64,000 nucleotides of DNA from Vicinamibacterales bacterium (GCA_963721565.1 CAVRKP010000007.1:155608-219607); one strand, 5' to 3'; shown: positions 41,649 to 51,743, numbered from the stretch's first letter. Notes: generated by a model from the letters alone, not told the origin. Numbers and translations: made by a program.

Positions 41649-42284
41649 ATGCCCACCCGCGCGACGCGCACGGTCGAGAACAGCTTCCATCGCCTCGGCT
41701 ACCCCCGGGTAGCCGGGGTCGACGAAGTCGGCCGCGGCTGCCTGGCCGGGCCGGTCGCCGTCGGCGTGGTCGTCCTCGACCCCCGCCGCCCGGTGGCCGG
41801 GCTGCGCGACTCGAAGCTGTTGACGGCCGAAGCGCGCGAGCGGCTGAGTCGGCAGATTCAGCGCGATGCGCTCGCCTGGGCCGTCGGCTGGGCCGAGCCC
41901 GACGAGATCGACACCGTCAACATCCACCAGGCGTCGCTCCGGGCGATGGCGCGGTGCGTCATGACGCTCGATCCGCTGCCGTCGGCGGTCCTGGTCGACG
42001 GGTTCCCGATTCCGGGCCTGCCGCTCCCGCAGCGGGCCATCATCGGCGGCGATCGGCAGTGCGCGGCCATCGCCGCGGCGTCGATTGTGGCGAAGGTGGC
42101 TCGGGACCGATTAATGGAGTCGTTGCACGACGCCGATCCTCGGTATGGGTTCGATCGGCACAAGGGGTACGCAACTCCCGAACATCTGGCGGCGGTCTCC
42201 CGGCACGGGTATTCGCCCGTGCACCGGAGATCGTTCCTGTGCCGCGCGTTTCACACGCCGACACTGTTTGATACCATCGAGTGA
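41649..42284 (+). CDS. rnhB: ribonuclease HII; intact
   Basis: VAGVDEVGRGCLAGPVAVGVVVL...DSKLLTAEARERL...VLVDGFPIPG...GGDRQCAAIAAASIVAKVARDRLM...GFDRHKGYATPEHL. Confidence 0.93.
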   Translation: MPTRATRTVENSFHRLGYPRVAGVDEVGRGCLAGPVAVGVVVLDPRRPVAGLRDSKLLTAEARERLSRQIQRDALAWAVGWAEPDEIDTVNIHQASLRAMARCVMTLDPLPSAVLVDGFPIPGLPLPQRAIIGGDRQCAAIAAASIVAKVARDRLMESLHDADPRYGFDRHKGYATPEHLAAVSRHGYSPVHRRSFLCRAFHTPTLFDTIE

Positions 42285-42319
42285 CCGGCGGCAACTGACG
42301 CACCCAGGCTGAGAGACGA

Positions 42320-44283
42320 GTGGCCATCGATCGAGACGACGCGCTGCGCAAGGCCGAGAAGCTGCTCCGACAGGGGCGGCTCGATGGGGCCATTGCCGAA
42401 TACGAGCACGTCGTCGACGCCTACCCCGACGACATTGCGACGGCCTCGGCCCTCGGCGACCTCTACGGTCGAGCCGGCAAGGCTTCCCAGGCCGTGGCGC
42501 AGTTCCTGCGGCTCGGCGATCACTTCCTGAAGGACGGCGTCCACGCCAAGGCCGCCGCCAGCTACCGCAAGGTCCTCAAGCTCGACGCGCAGCACGAAGG
42601 CGCGCTGCTGCAGCTGGTCGAGGCCTGCGCGCAGCAGGGACAGCTGGGCGACGCCAAGACGCACCTGCAGTCGGCCATCGACAAGCGCAAGGGCCGCGGC
42701 GACCAGGATGGCGCCGACGCCCTGGTCATCCGCCTGGCCGAGCTCGACCCCACCGACTTCGAGGCCCGCCTCCAGGCCGCGTGGATCCAGGTGCGCACCG
42801 GCAAGACCGTCACCGCGGAGCTGCTCGCGCTCGCCAAGGAGCTCGACTCGCGCAAGCGGGTGAGCGAGGCCGAGCAGCTGCTCGAGGAGGTCGTCAAGCG
42901 CGACCCCGGCGCCACCGAAGTGTCGCTGCGTCTCGCCAAGGCGGCGCTCGGCCGCGACGAAGTGGCCCGCGCCAAGCGCTTCCTGCCCGACACGGCCACG
43001 ACCAAGGACCCGGAACTGCTGCTCACCGGCGGCAAGATCCTGCTCAAGCTCGACAACCTCGACGCGGCCACGCGAACACCTGGTGCGCTTCCTCGCCGCC
43101 GCGCCCAAGGCGGTCGAGGAGGTCGCGACGCTCGGCGAGCACCTGGCGTCGTCCAACGCGCGCTACGCGATCGTCGACCTGCTGGTCGATCACGCCGCCG
43201 CGACCGGCGACTTCGGCAAGGCGGCGCGCCGCCTGCAGGGGTTCCTCGAGAAGGCGCCGCGGCCACCTGCCGGCGCTGCTCCGTCTGGTCGAGGTGTGCG
43301 TCGACGGCGACCTGGACGCCGCGCTGACGGCCGCGCAGCAGGAGCTGGCCGAGGCGTATCTCGAAGCCGGCGAAGCGGAGAAGGCCCGCGTCATCGCCGA
43401 GGACCTGCTGCTGCGCAATCCCGAAGAGCTCGACCCACGCCGATCGCCTCCGTCGCGTCCTCGTGACGCTGGGCGAGAAGGATCCGGATGCGGTCATCGC
43501 CGAGCGGCTCTCGCTGCTCGACGACGACGCCTTCGGGGCCGAGCGAGCCCGTCGCCGCGCCGGTCGCGCCGGTCAAGTCGTCCGTGGCGGCCGCCGCGGC
43601 CCCGGTCGTGCCCGCGCCGCCTGCCGAGCCCACCGATGACGTCGACGGCGTCTTCCCGTCGATGAGCGGCGGGATCACCGCCGACACGCTGGCCGGCCTG
43701 CCCGAGATGGACGGCGGCGAAGAGGTCGTCGAGTTCGAAGCCAACGACGCCGGCGACTGGAGCGACGCGGCGCCCGCCGCCGCGGTCGTGGCGGCGACCG
43801 CCGATCGAAGCCGAAGCCGAGGCCGTGTCGCCCGCGGACGGGCCGCTCGACACCGTCTTCTCGGGCATGCGCGGCAAGGCCCTGCAGGACACCTCGGCGC
43901 TGCCGCCCGGCGACCACGCCGCGCGCAACTTCCGCGTCGGCCAGACCTACGCCGCCGCGGCGATGCTCAAGGAAGCCGCCGACGCCTTCGAGAAGGCCGC
44001 GCGCGACCCGCGCTATCGCTTCCGCTCGGCGCAGTCGCTGGGCCGCCTCTATCGCAAGCACGGCATGCTGAACGAGGCGGTCGAGTGGCTGGAGATCGCG
44101 TCCGAGGCGCCGGCGCCGAAGATCGACGAGCACCGCTCGGCGCTCTACGAGCTGGCCGACGCGCTCGAGACCACCGGCGAGCACACGCGGGCCCTCGCGG
44201 TGCTGCTCGATCTCGTCGCCGAGCAGAGCGACTACCGCGACGCCCGCGCCCGCATCGAGCGCCTGTCGCGGGTCAAGGCGTAG
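42320..44283 (+). CDS. large TPR-repeat protein with an acidic/Ala-Pro-rich central linker, frameshifted (about 5 breaks: ~43070, ~43265, ~43435, ~43800 and others)
   Basis: Helical repeat segments: LRKAEKLLRQGRLDGAIAEYEHVVDAYPDDIATASALGDLYGRAGKASQAVAQF..., AEAYLEAGEAEKARVIAEDLLLRNPE. The C-terminal part is FRVGQTYAAAAMLKEAADAFEKAARDPRYRFRSAQSLGRLYRKHGMLNEAVEWLE...YRDARARIERLSRVKA. Confidence 0.6.
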
Positions 44284-44291
44284 CACCGCCG

Positions 44292-44561
44292 GTGCTCAGG
44301 CAACTGCTGTTCGTCGCCTATCTCGTCGAGGCGGGGCTGGTCCTGCTGATCGTGCCCTGGTCGGGGTTGTGGGAGCGCAACGTGTTCCTGCAGATGGCCG
44401 CCGCCTGGGTCGTCGACGTCGCCCGTTCCGGCTGGTTCCGCGGCGCCATCTCCGGCGTCGGCCTGATGCTCGTCGGCGCCGGGCTGGCCGAAGCCGTCTC
44501 CATCCGGACATCGTCGCCGCCATCGCCGTCGCCGTCCGGTCCCCCGGACGGGCGCCCGTGA
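44292..44561 (+). CDS. small membrane protein, hypothetical (89 aa, GTG start)
   Basis: VLRQLLFVAYLVEAGLVLLIVPWSGLWERNVFLQMAAAWVVDVARSGWFRGAISGVGLMLVGAGLAEAV... It starts 9 nt after the TPR gene stop, and its stop overlaps the thiE GTG (GTGA). Confidence 0.5.
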   Translation: MLRQLLFVAYLVEAGLVLLIVPWSGLWERNVFLQMAAAWVVDVARSGWFRGAISGVGLMLVGAGLAEAVSIRTSSPPSPSPSGPPDGRP

Positions 44562-45301
44562 CGCTGCCGCGTCCGTGCGTGTGCCTGGTCTCGGATCGCA
44601 GCCGCCTGCCGCCGTCGACCGACCCGGTCGCGGCCCTGCCCGCGCTGGGGCCGCTCGCCGACCGCCTGGTGCTCGCCGGCGAGGCCGGCATCGACCTGCT
44701 GCAGATTCGTGAGCCGGATCTGTCGGCCAGCGAGCTGATCGGGCTGATCCGGGACGTGCGCGGCCGGCTGCACGGCGCGAGCCGCATCCTGGTCAACGAG
44801 CGCGTCGACGTCGCCCTGGCCGCCGCCGCGGACGGCGTCCACCTCAAGTCGGATTCGATTCCCACCGCGCTGGTCCGGCAGCACGTGCCGGCCGGGTTCC
44901 TGGTCGGCCGATCCGTGCACAGCGTCGACGAGGCCCGCACCGCCGCCGCCGAAGGCGCCGACTACGTCATCTTCGGCACCGTGTTCCCGTCGGGCTCGAA
45001 GCCGCCCGGGCATCGCACGGCCGGCCTGGAGGCGCTGGCCGCCGTCGCGGCGGCGGTCCCGATTCCCGCTTTGGCCATCGGTGGCATCTCACTGAACACG
45101 GTGGCAGCGGCGGCCGAGGCCGGCGCCAGCGGGGTCGCGGCGATTGGACTGTTCTTCGACGCCGCCGGGCCGATGGACGATCTGCGGGGACGGCTCATCC
45201 AGACGGTGGCCGGGCTTCGCGCACGCATTCGTTCGTCCCTGAGCCAGGAACCCCAGACCCATGGCCGCCATGCCGCTCCTCGAATGTTTCATTCGGGGTG
45301 A
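44558..45301 (+). CDS. thiE: thiamine-phosphate synthase (ThiE/TenI family); intact
   Basis: DLLQIREPDLSASEL...ILVNERVDVALAAAADGVHL...FLVGRSVHSVDEARTAAAEGADYVIFGTVFPSGSKP...ALAIGGISLNTVAAAAEAGASGVAAIGLF. Confidence 0.8.
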   Translation: MTLPRPCVCLVSDRSRLPPSTDPVAALPALGPLADRLVLAGEAGIDLLQIREPDLSASELIGLIRDVRGRLHGASRILVNERVDVALAAAADGVHLKSDSIPTALVRQHVPAGFLVGRSVHSVDEARTAAAEGADYVIFGTVFPSGSKPPGHRTAGLEALAAVAAAVPIPALAIGGISLNTVAAAAEAGASGVAAIGLFFDAAGPMDDLRGRLIQTVAGLRARIRSSLSQEPQTHGRHAAPRMFHSG

Positions 45302-46031
45302 CGTCGATCCCGAAGTGTCGCTGCTCGCCGCGCAGGGCGCGCTCGCCCCGCGCGCCGACGAACAGCTCGCCATCCTCGTCTACCTGGTCACCCACGACGA
45401 GACGCACGTCGCCTCGGTCGCCAACCAGACCCTCGCGTCGCTGCCGGTCGAGGCCATCGCCGGGCTGATCGCGCGCAACGACACGAGCGACAAGGTGCTG
45501 GCGTTCTTCGCCGCGCGCGGCATCCTGCCGGCGGCGGTCGCCACGGAGGACACCGACGCGCCCCTCGTCGACACCGGTGAGGACGTCGAGGCCGACGTCG
45601 TGGCGGACGCCGAGCCGGCCAAGGTGCTCATCCTGCAGGCCATGAGCGTGCCGCAGCGTCTCAAGTGCGCGATGAAGGGCTCGCGCGAGCAGCGCGCCGT
45701 GCTGGTCCGCGATCCGAACCGGATGATCGCCGCCGCCGTGCTGAGCAGCCCGAAGCTGGCCCAGACCGAGGTCGAGGCGTTCGCGCGGATGGCCAACGTC
45801 TCCGAGGACGTGCTGCGCACGATCGCGATGAACCGCGGCTGGATGCGGAAGCTGGCGGTGGCCGCGGCGCTGGTGAAGAACCCGAAGACGCCGGCGGCCA
45901 TCTCGCTGCACTTGCTGCCGCGCATACCGCAGCGCGACGTCAAGAACCTGTCGATCGATCGCAACGTGCCCGAGGCGCTGCGCCTCAACGCCAAGAAGAT
46001 GCTGCAGCGGCAGCAGGACCGGCAGAAGTAG
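45261..46031 (+). CDS. hypothetical alpha-helical repeat protein; intact
   Basis: 256 aa, MAAMPLLECFIRGDVDPEVSLLAAQGALAPRADEQLAILVYLV...VLVRDPNRMIAAAVLSSPKLAQTEVEAFARMANVSEDVLRTIAMNRGWMRKLAVAAALVKNPKTPAAISLHLLPRI. The recurring (N)P.TP..-type helical units suggest HEAT/LRV-like repeats. No function is assignable. Confidence 0.55.
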   Translation: MAAMPLLECFIRGDVDPEVSLLAAQGALAPRADEQLAILVYLVTHDETHVASVANQTLASLPVEAIAGLIARNDTSDKVLAFFAARGILPAAVATEDTDAPLVDTGEDVEADVVADAEPAKVLILQAMSVPQRLKCAMKGSREQRAVLVRDPNRMIAAAVLSSPKLAQTEVEAFARMANVSEDVLRTIAMNRGWMRKLAVAAALVKNPKTPAAISLHLLPRIPQRDVKNLSIDRNVPEALRLNAKKMLQRQQDRQK

Positions 46032-46079
46032 CCCGCCGTCGCGGCGGCTTCGCTGACGCCGCTTCGCGCGCCAAGCCGA

Positions 46080-46337
46080 TCAGCGGCGCCGCGATCGCGG
46101 CGGCTTCGGCTTCGGCCGGCCGTGCCTCGGCTGGTTGTTCGCTCGCCTGTTCGCGGTCTTCCACTCGTGGCGCATCTCGGCCAGGCCTTCCATGTAGACG
46201 GCGGCGCGCTCGCGCTCGTCGTCGCTCGGCAGCGTCTTGAGCAGGTCGATGGCCTCGTCGAAGGCGTCCTCGATCGTCGCCTGCGTGGTCCGGTAGTAGA
46301 GCTCTTTCAGGCGTTCCAGCGTCTCGTCGACGGTCAT
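46080..46337 (-). CDS. small hypothetical protein (85 aa) with an acidic helical N-terminus and a basic tail, start-stop coupled to polX
   Basis: MTVDETLERLKELYYRTTQATIEDAFDEAIDLLKTLPSDDERERAAVYMEGLAEMRHEWKTANRRANNQPRHGRPKPKPPRSRRR. ATG 46337-46335 overlaps the polX stop 46336-46334 (ATGA). Confidence 0.55.
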   Translation of the reverse strand: MTVDETLERLKELYYRTTQATIEDAFDEAIDLLKTLPSDDERERAAVYMEGLAEMRHEWKTANRRANNQPRHGRPKPKPPRSRRR

Positions 46338-48154
46338 CGGGCTCGTCCCGTCCTGGCGCCGGCCGGCCGGCGATGCCGCCGCAGCCCGTTGCGGAAGGCG
46401 TCGACGTCGCGGGTGTTCCACACGTCGGCCGGCTCGAGCCAGGCCCGCCGGGCCGTCAGGACGCCCCAGCGCAGCAGGCCGAGCTCGGTGGTCGAATGCG
46501 CGTCGCTGTTGATCAGGAGCCCGACCCCCTGCTGCCGGGCCCGCCGCGCGTGCACGTCCGACAGGTCGAGGCGGTGGTAGTTGCTGTTGATCTCGAGGGC
46601 GATGCCGTAGAGGCCGGCCGCCTCGATGAGCGCCTCGACGTCGATCTTGTGCGGCTCGCGGCGCAGGATCTTGCGGCCGGTCGGGTGTCCGATGGCGTCG
46701 ACGAACGGACAGGCCATCGCCGTCAGCACGCGCACCGTCATGGCTTCGGCGCTCTGGTCGAAGGCCGAGTGCACCGAGGCGACGACGAAGTCGAGGGCGG
46801 CCAGGGTCGATTCCTCGAGGTCGAGGCGGCCGTCGGCGAGGATGTCGACCTCGATGCCGGCCAGGATGGTGATGCCGTCGACGCGGGCGTCGACCTCGCG
46901 GATGCGGGCGGCGTGCGCCAGCGCCCGCGCGTCGTCGAGGCCGTTGGCCATGGCCAGCGACTGCGAGTGATCGGTGATGCAGATGTACGACCGGCCGGCG
47001 TCGCGCGCCGCGATGGCCATCGTCTCGATGTCGTGGCGGCCGTCCGACGCGGTCGTGTGCATGTGCACGTCGCCGCGCAGGTCCTCGAGCGAGACGAGCC
47101 GCGGCAGCACGGCCATGTCGGCGGCGTCGAGCTCGCCCCGCGCCTCGCGCAGCGTCGGGTCGATCCACGGCAGGCCGAGCGCGGCGTAGACGCCCTCCTC
47201 GGTCTCGCCGGCGAGGCGCGCGCCGGTCGCGGCGTCGGCCAGCGCGTACTCGTTCAGCGTGTAGCCCTTCGACAGCGCCCGCTGGCGCAGCGCGATGTTG
47301 TGGGCCTTGGAGCCGGTGAAGTACTGCAGCGCCGCGCCGCGTGACTCGGGCGCGACCAGCCGCAGGTCGGCCTGCATCTGGTTGGTCAGCAGGATGCTGG
47401 CCTTGGTGTCGCCGAGGCCGAGGACGCGCTCGACCTGGACGAAGCGGGTGAAGTGCTCGAGCACCGCGGCCGGCGCGCCGGTGGCCAGGATGTCGATGTC
47501 GCCGCTGGTCTCGGCGCCGCGGCGCAGGCTGCCGACGATGTCGTAGGTGGCGTCGGGCGCGGCCTCCCGCAGCCAGCCGACCAGGGTCTCGGCGATCTCG
47601 CAGGCGTGGCCGATGAGGTGCCGCCCGGCGTGGCGCCGGCGCTCGGCGATGGCGGTGAGGATCAGCGTTTCCTTCTTCGCGCCCATGCCCTTGAGGCCGC
47701 GGATCGCGCCGGCCTTGGCCGCGGCCTCGAGGTCGTCGAGCGAGCGGATGTTCAGGGTCTGGTAGAGCAGGGCGACGGTCTTCGGCCCGATCCCCTGGAG
47801 CCGCATCACCTCCAGGATCGACGCCGGGAACACCTGCAGCAGCTCGTCGCGCAGGCTCGTCGTGCCGGTGGCGGCGATGTCGCGGATCCGCGCCGCGAGG
47901 TCCTTGCCGATGCCGTCGATCTCGAGCAGGGCCGGGACGTCGAGGTCGGCGACGCGGACCGGCGAGTCGGTGACGACCTGGGCCCCGGTGCGATAGGCCC
48001 GGACGCGGAAGATGTTCTCGCCCTTCAGCTCGAGGAGATCGGCGATCTCGTTGAGCACGCGGGCGACGCTCGGGTTCTCCACAGCCGCCGATCGTACCAC
48101 GGCGCTGTTCGGCCTCGAGCGATCCCCCGGCGGACGCCCGTGCGCACGTCCCAC
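46334..48154 (-). CDS. polX: DNA polymerase/3'-5' exonuclease PolX (Pol-beta-like domain + PHP domain); intact (the true start may be internal)
   Basis: VARVLNEIADLLELKGENIFRVRAYR (HhH N-domain). The nucleotidyltransferase motif is VGSLRRGAETSGDIDILA...ADLRLV...YFTGSKAHNIALR. The PHP domain has GDVHMHTTASDGRH, ICITDHS, GIEVDIL, ASVHS, IGHPTG and INSDAHS. Confidence 0.9.
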   Translation of the reverse strand: MGRAHGRPPGDRSRPNSAVVRSAAVENPSVARVLNEIADLLELKGENIFRVRAYRTGAQVVTDSPVRVADLDVPALLEIDGIGKDLAARIRDIAATGTTSLRDELLQVFPASILEVMRLQGIGPKTVALLYQTLNIRSLDDLEAAAKAGAIRGLKGMGAKKETLILTAIAERRRHAGRHLIGHACEIAETLVGWLREAAPDATYDIVGSLRRGAETSGDIDILATGAPAAVLEHFTRFVQVERVLGLGDTKASILLTNQMQADLRLVAPESRGAALQYFTGSKAHNIALRQRALSKGYTLNEYALADAATGARLAGETEEGVYAALGLPWIDPTLREARGELDAADMAVLPRLVSLEDLRGDVHMHTTASDGRHDIETMAIAARDAGRSYICITDHSQSLAMANGLDDARALAHAARIREVDARVDGITILAGIEVDILADGRLDLEESTLAALDFVVASVHSAFDQSAEAMTVRVLTAMACPFVDAIGHPTGRKILRREPHKIDVEALIEAAGLYGIALEINSNYHRLDLSDVHARRARQQGVGLLINSDAHSTTELGLLRWGVLTARRAWLEPADVWNTRDVDAFRNGLRRHRRPAGARTGRAR

Positions 48155-48227
48155 GTGCGCCTCAGGCGTCGTCAGGCGTCGCCCAGGGCACTCTCACGCG
48201 CTCTCACGCATGCTCGCGCGGGCTAGA

Positions 48228-49325
48228 ATGTCGGCCATGTCACTTCGCGACATCCGCGCCCATGTCGGCGAGCTGCTGATCAGCGGTTTCGACGGGCTGA
48301 CGCTGCCGGCCGAGATGCGCGAGATCGCCGGCGCCTTCGACCTCGGCGGCATCATCATCTTCTCGCGCAACGTCGAAACCCGGCGCCAGGTCGCCGAGCT
48401 GGCGCTGGCCACCGAGGCGCTGCGGAAGGAGACGCCGCTCTGGTTCAGCGTCGACCAGGAGGGCGGGCGCGTCCAGCGCCTCAAGGAGCCGTTCACCCGC
48501 TGGCCGCCGATGATCACCCTCGGGCGGGCCAAGGACGCGGCGCTGGCGGCCCGCTTCGCCAAGGCGATGGCCGCCGAACTGCTGGCGGTGGGCATCACGC
48601 TCGACTTCGCGCCGGTCCTCGACGTCCTCACCAACGCCAAGAACCCGGCCATCGGCGATCGCGCGCTGTCGGAGCGCGTCGAGGACGTGGCCACGCTCGG
48701 ACGGGCGCTGATCGAGGCCTTTCAGGGCGCCGGGCTGGCCGCCGCCGGCAAGCACTTCCCGGGGCACGGCGACACCGGCGTCGACTCGCACCACGACCTG
48801 CCGATCTGCGAGCTGCCGCCCGACCGCCTGCGCGCCGTCGAGCTCGTGCCGTTCCGCGCGGCGATCGCCGCCGACGTCGCGGTGATGCTGACCTGCCACG
48901 TGCTGTTCACCGAGATCGACGACGAGCACCCGGCGACGCTGTCGCCGCGCATCGTCCAGGCGATGCTGAAGGACGAGCTCGGCTACCAGGGCGCGGTGAT
49001 CACCGACGACCTGGACATGAAGGCCATCGCCGCCCGCTACACCATCGAGGAGACGGTGGTGCGCTGCCTGCGCGCCGGCTGCGACGGCTTCCTGATCTGC
49101 AACGGCGACTACGACAAGAAGGTGCGGGCGCTCGAGGCGGTCATCCGCGAGGCCGAGGGCGACATGGGCTTCGCCAAGCGCGTCGAGGACGCGATGACGC
49201 GGATGCGCCGGCCCAAGGCGCGGTTCCTGGCCGGCCGCCGGCCCAGCCCGAACCCCGGCCGGCTGGCGGCGCTGGCGCCGCTCGAGCATCAGATGGTGGC
49301 CGAGGAGATGCGGCAGTGGCTGTGA
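48228..49325 (+). CDS. nagZ: beta-N-acetylhexosaminidase NagZ (GH3); intact (start 48228 or 48237)
   Basis: LLISGFDGLTLP...GGIIIFSRN...VDQEGGRVQRL...LDFAPVLDV...NPAIGDRALS...KHFPGHGDTGVDSHHDLP...VMLTCHVLF...AVITDDLDM. Confidence 0.92.
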   Translation: MSAMSLRDIRAHVGELLISGFDGLTLPAEMREIAGAFDLGGIIIFSRNVETRRQVAELALATEALRKETPLWFSVDQEGGRVQRLKEPFTRWPPMITLGRAKDAALAARFAKAMAAELLAVGITLDFAPVLDVLTNAKNPAIGDRALSERVEDVATLGRALIEAFQGAGLAAAGKHFPGHGDTGVDSHHDLPICELPPDRLRAVELVPFRAAIAADVAVMLTCHVLFTEIDDEHPATLSPRIVQAMLKDELGYQGAVITDDLDMKAIAARYTIEETVVRCLRAGCDGFLICNGDYDKKVRALEAVIREAEGDMGFAKRVEDAMTRMRRPKARFLAGRRPSPNPGRLAALAPLEHQMVAEEMRQWL

Positions 49326-50291
49326 AGCGCGGCGCCCGCGGCGGCGTCGCGACGGTCGGCCTGCGCCGTGCCCGGCCCTGCGTCCGGGCGATCGCCTGGC
49401 GGTGGTGGCGCCGGCCAGCCCCTGCGCCGAGGACGCGGTGCGCCGCGGCGCCCGCGAGCTCGAGACGCTCGGCTTCGAGGTGCCGATCGACGAGCGCATC
49501 TTCGCGCAGGCCGGCGGCTATCTGGCCGGAGAGCGCGGCGCTGCGGGCGGCGCACCTGCAGGAGGCGTTCGCCGATCCGTCCGTCGCCGGCATCGTCTGC
49601 GTGCGCGGCGGCTACGGCAGCGCCCAGATCCTGCCGCTGCTCGACGCCGACGGCGATCGCGGCGTCGCCCAAGGTCTTCGTCGGCTACAGCGACATCACC
49701 GCGCTGCACACGTTCCTGCAGCAGCAGGCCGGCCTCGTGACCTTCCACGGCCCGATGCTCGAGGGCCGCTTCGCCGATCCGGCCCGCTACGACCGCGACT
49801 CGTTCGTCCGCGCCGTCTGCGGCACCGAGCCGATGGGGGCGATCGTGCCGCCCGGCGCTCGAGACCTGGCGCGCCGGCGAGGCGTCCGGCGTGCTGGTCG
49901 GCGGCACGCTCACCCAGCTCGCGTCGTCGCTGGGCACGCCCTGGGCCTTCGATCCGCCGCCCGGCTGCGTGCTCTTCTTCGACGAGGTGAACGAGCGGCC
50001 CGTACCGGCTGGATCGACTGCTGACGCAGCTCGTGCAGGCCGGCATCGTCGGCCGGGCCAGCGCCATCGTCTTCAACGAGCTGCCCGGGTGCGACGAGCC
50101 GGGCGGCCAGGTGCGCGGCGTCGACGCCGTCCGCCGCGTCCTGGACGGGTTCGCCGGGCCGATCGTCGGCGGCTTCCCGTCCGGGCACACGCCCGGGCGC
50201 CACGGTCACGCTGCCGTTCGGCGTGCGGGCGACGGTCGTCGCGCGCGGCCGCGCCGCGCTGGTCATCGAGGAGCCCGCCGTCGAGGGCTGA
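49322..50291 (+). CDS. ldcA: LD-carboxypeptidase (muramoyltetrapeptide carboxypeptidase, S66), frameshifted (about 6 breaks; start uncertain, GTG 49322 or 49368)
   Basis: LRPGDRLAVVAPASP, GFEVPIDERIFAQAGGYLAGE, AALRAAHLQEAFADPSVAGIVCVRGGYGS, VFVGYSDITALHTFL, LVTFHGPML, GVLVGGTLTQLASSLGTPWAF, VLFFDEVNERPYRLDRLLTQL, AIVFNELPGC, GFPSGHTPG. The pieces lie in successive +1 frames. Confidence 0.8.
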
Positions 50292-50309
50292 TCCGCAGGG
50301 AGTTCCAGG

Positions 50310-51719
50310 TTGTCGAATCGCATTCACTTCATCGGGATCTGCGGCACGGCGATGGCCACCGTCGCGGCGATGCTCAAGGCACGCGGCTGGGACGTGCGCG
50401 GCTCGGACCACTCCGTCTACCCGCCGATGAGCACGTTCCTGCGCGAGCAGGGCATCGCGCCGCTCGACGGCTACACCGCCGACCACATCACCGGCGACCT
50501 CGGCCTGGTCTGCGTCGGCAATGCCATCTCGCGCGGCAACCCCGAGCTCGAGGCCGTGCTCGACCGCAAGATCCGCTACTGCTCGCTGCCCGAGCTGGTG
50601 CGCGAACAGTTCCTCTGGGCGGCGCGGTCGATCGTCGTCGCCGGCACGCACGGCAAGACCACGACGACCTCGCTGGTCGGCTGGCTGCTGACGTCGGCCG
50701 GGCGCGACCCGAGCATGCTGGTCGGCGGCATCGCCGCCAACTTCGGCGGCGGCTACCGGCTCGGCGGCGGTCGCGAGTTCGTCATCGAGGGCGACGAGTA
50801 CGACAGCGCCTTCTTCGACAAGACGGCGAAGTTCCTCAAGTACCTGCCCGACATCGCCATCGTCAACAACATCGAGTTCGATCACGCCGACATCTATCCG
50901 GATCTCGCCGCCGTCGAGCTCGCCTTCAAGCGGCTGGCGGTGCTGGTGCCGCGCAACGGCCTGCTGCTGCTCGGCGCGGACAGCCCGCGCGCGGCGGCGC
51001 TGGCCGCGCACGCCGCCAGCCCGGTCGAGACGTTCGGCGTCGACGGCGACCCGACCTGGAAGGCCACCGACCTGGCGGTCGGTCCCGGCGGCACGCGGTT
51101 CAAGGTCCACAAGCACGGCACGCTCGTCGGCACCTTCGAGGTGCCGCTGCTCGGTGCCCACAACGTCCGCAACGCGCTGGCCGGCGATCGCCGTCTGCGC
51201 CACCCTGGGCATCGACAGTCGCGCCACCGCGGAGGGGCTGAAGACGTTCGGCGGCGTCAAGCGTCGCCTGGAGCTGCGCGGCTCGGTCGACGGCATCGAG
51301 GTCTACGACGACTTCGCCCACCATCCGACGGCCGTCGCCGAGACCATGGCGGCGCTGCGGCTGGCGCACCCGACGCGGCGCCTCTGGGCCATCTTCGAGC
51401 CGCGGTCGGCGTCGTCGTGCCTGAAGATCTTCCAGAGCGACTTCGTCGAGGCCTTCGAGGGCGCCGACCAGGTGCTCGTCGCGCCGGTGTTCCGCAGCAC
51501 GCTCGCCGAGGATCGCCGGCTCTCGCCGGAGGCGCTGGTCGCCGACCTCGTGGCGAAGGGCCGTCGCGCCCGCGCCGCGACGTCGACCGCCGACATCGTC
51601 GACATCGTCGGCGCGCGAGGCCGAGTCGGGCGATCTCGTCGTCGTCATGTCGAACGGCGGCTTCGACGGCGTCCACGACAAGCTGCTCGACGCGCTCCGC
51701 GCGGCCGCGGCCGAAGTGA
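50310..51719 (+). CDS. mpl: UDP-N-acetylmuramate:L-alanyl-gamma-D-glutamyl-meso-diaminopimelate ligase Mpl, frameshifted (+1 near 51180, 51620 and just before the stop)
   Basis: TTG start. IHFIGICGTAMATVAAMLKARGWDVRGSDHSVYPPMSTFL (the VYPPMST hallmark distinguishes Mpl from MurC), AGTHGKTTTTSL, EGDEYDSAFFDK, NIEFDHADIY, GAHNVRNALA, DDFAHHPTAV, SNGGFDG. Confidence 0.88.
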   Translation: MSNRIHFIGICGTAMATVAAMLKARGWDVRGSDHSVYPPMSTFLREQGIAPLDGYTADHITGDLGLVCVGNAISRGNPELEAVLDRKIRYCSLPELVREQFLWAARSIVVAGTHGKTTTTSLVGWLLTSAGRDPSMLVGGIAANFGGGYRLGGGREFVIEGDEYDSAFFDKTAKFLKYLPDIAIVNNIEFDHADIYPDLAAVELAFKRLAVLVPRNGLLLLGADSPRAAALAAHAASPVETFGVDGDPTWKATDLAVGPGGTRFKVHKHGTLVGTFEVPLLGAHNVRNALAGDRRLRHPGHRQSRHRGGAEDVRRRQASPGAARLGRRHRGLRRLRPPSDGRRRDHGGAAAGAPDAAPLGHLRAAVGVVVPEDLPERLRRGLRGRRPGARRAGVPQHARRGSPALAGGAGRRPRGEGPSRPRRDVDRRHRRHRRRARPSRAISSSSCRTAASTASTTSCSTRSARPRPK

Positions 51720-51743
51720 TGGCCGCACCCGCGATCCACGACC

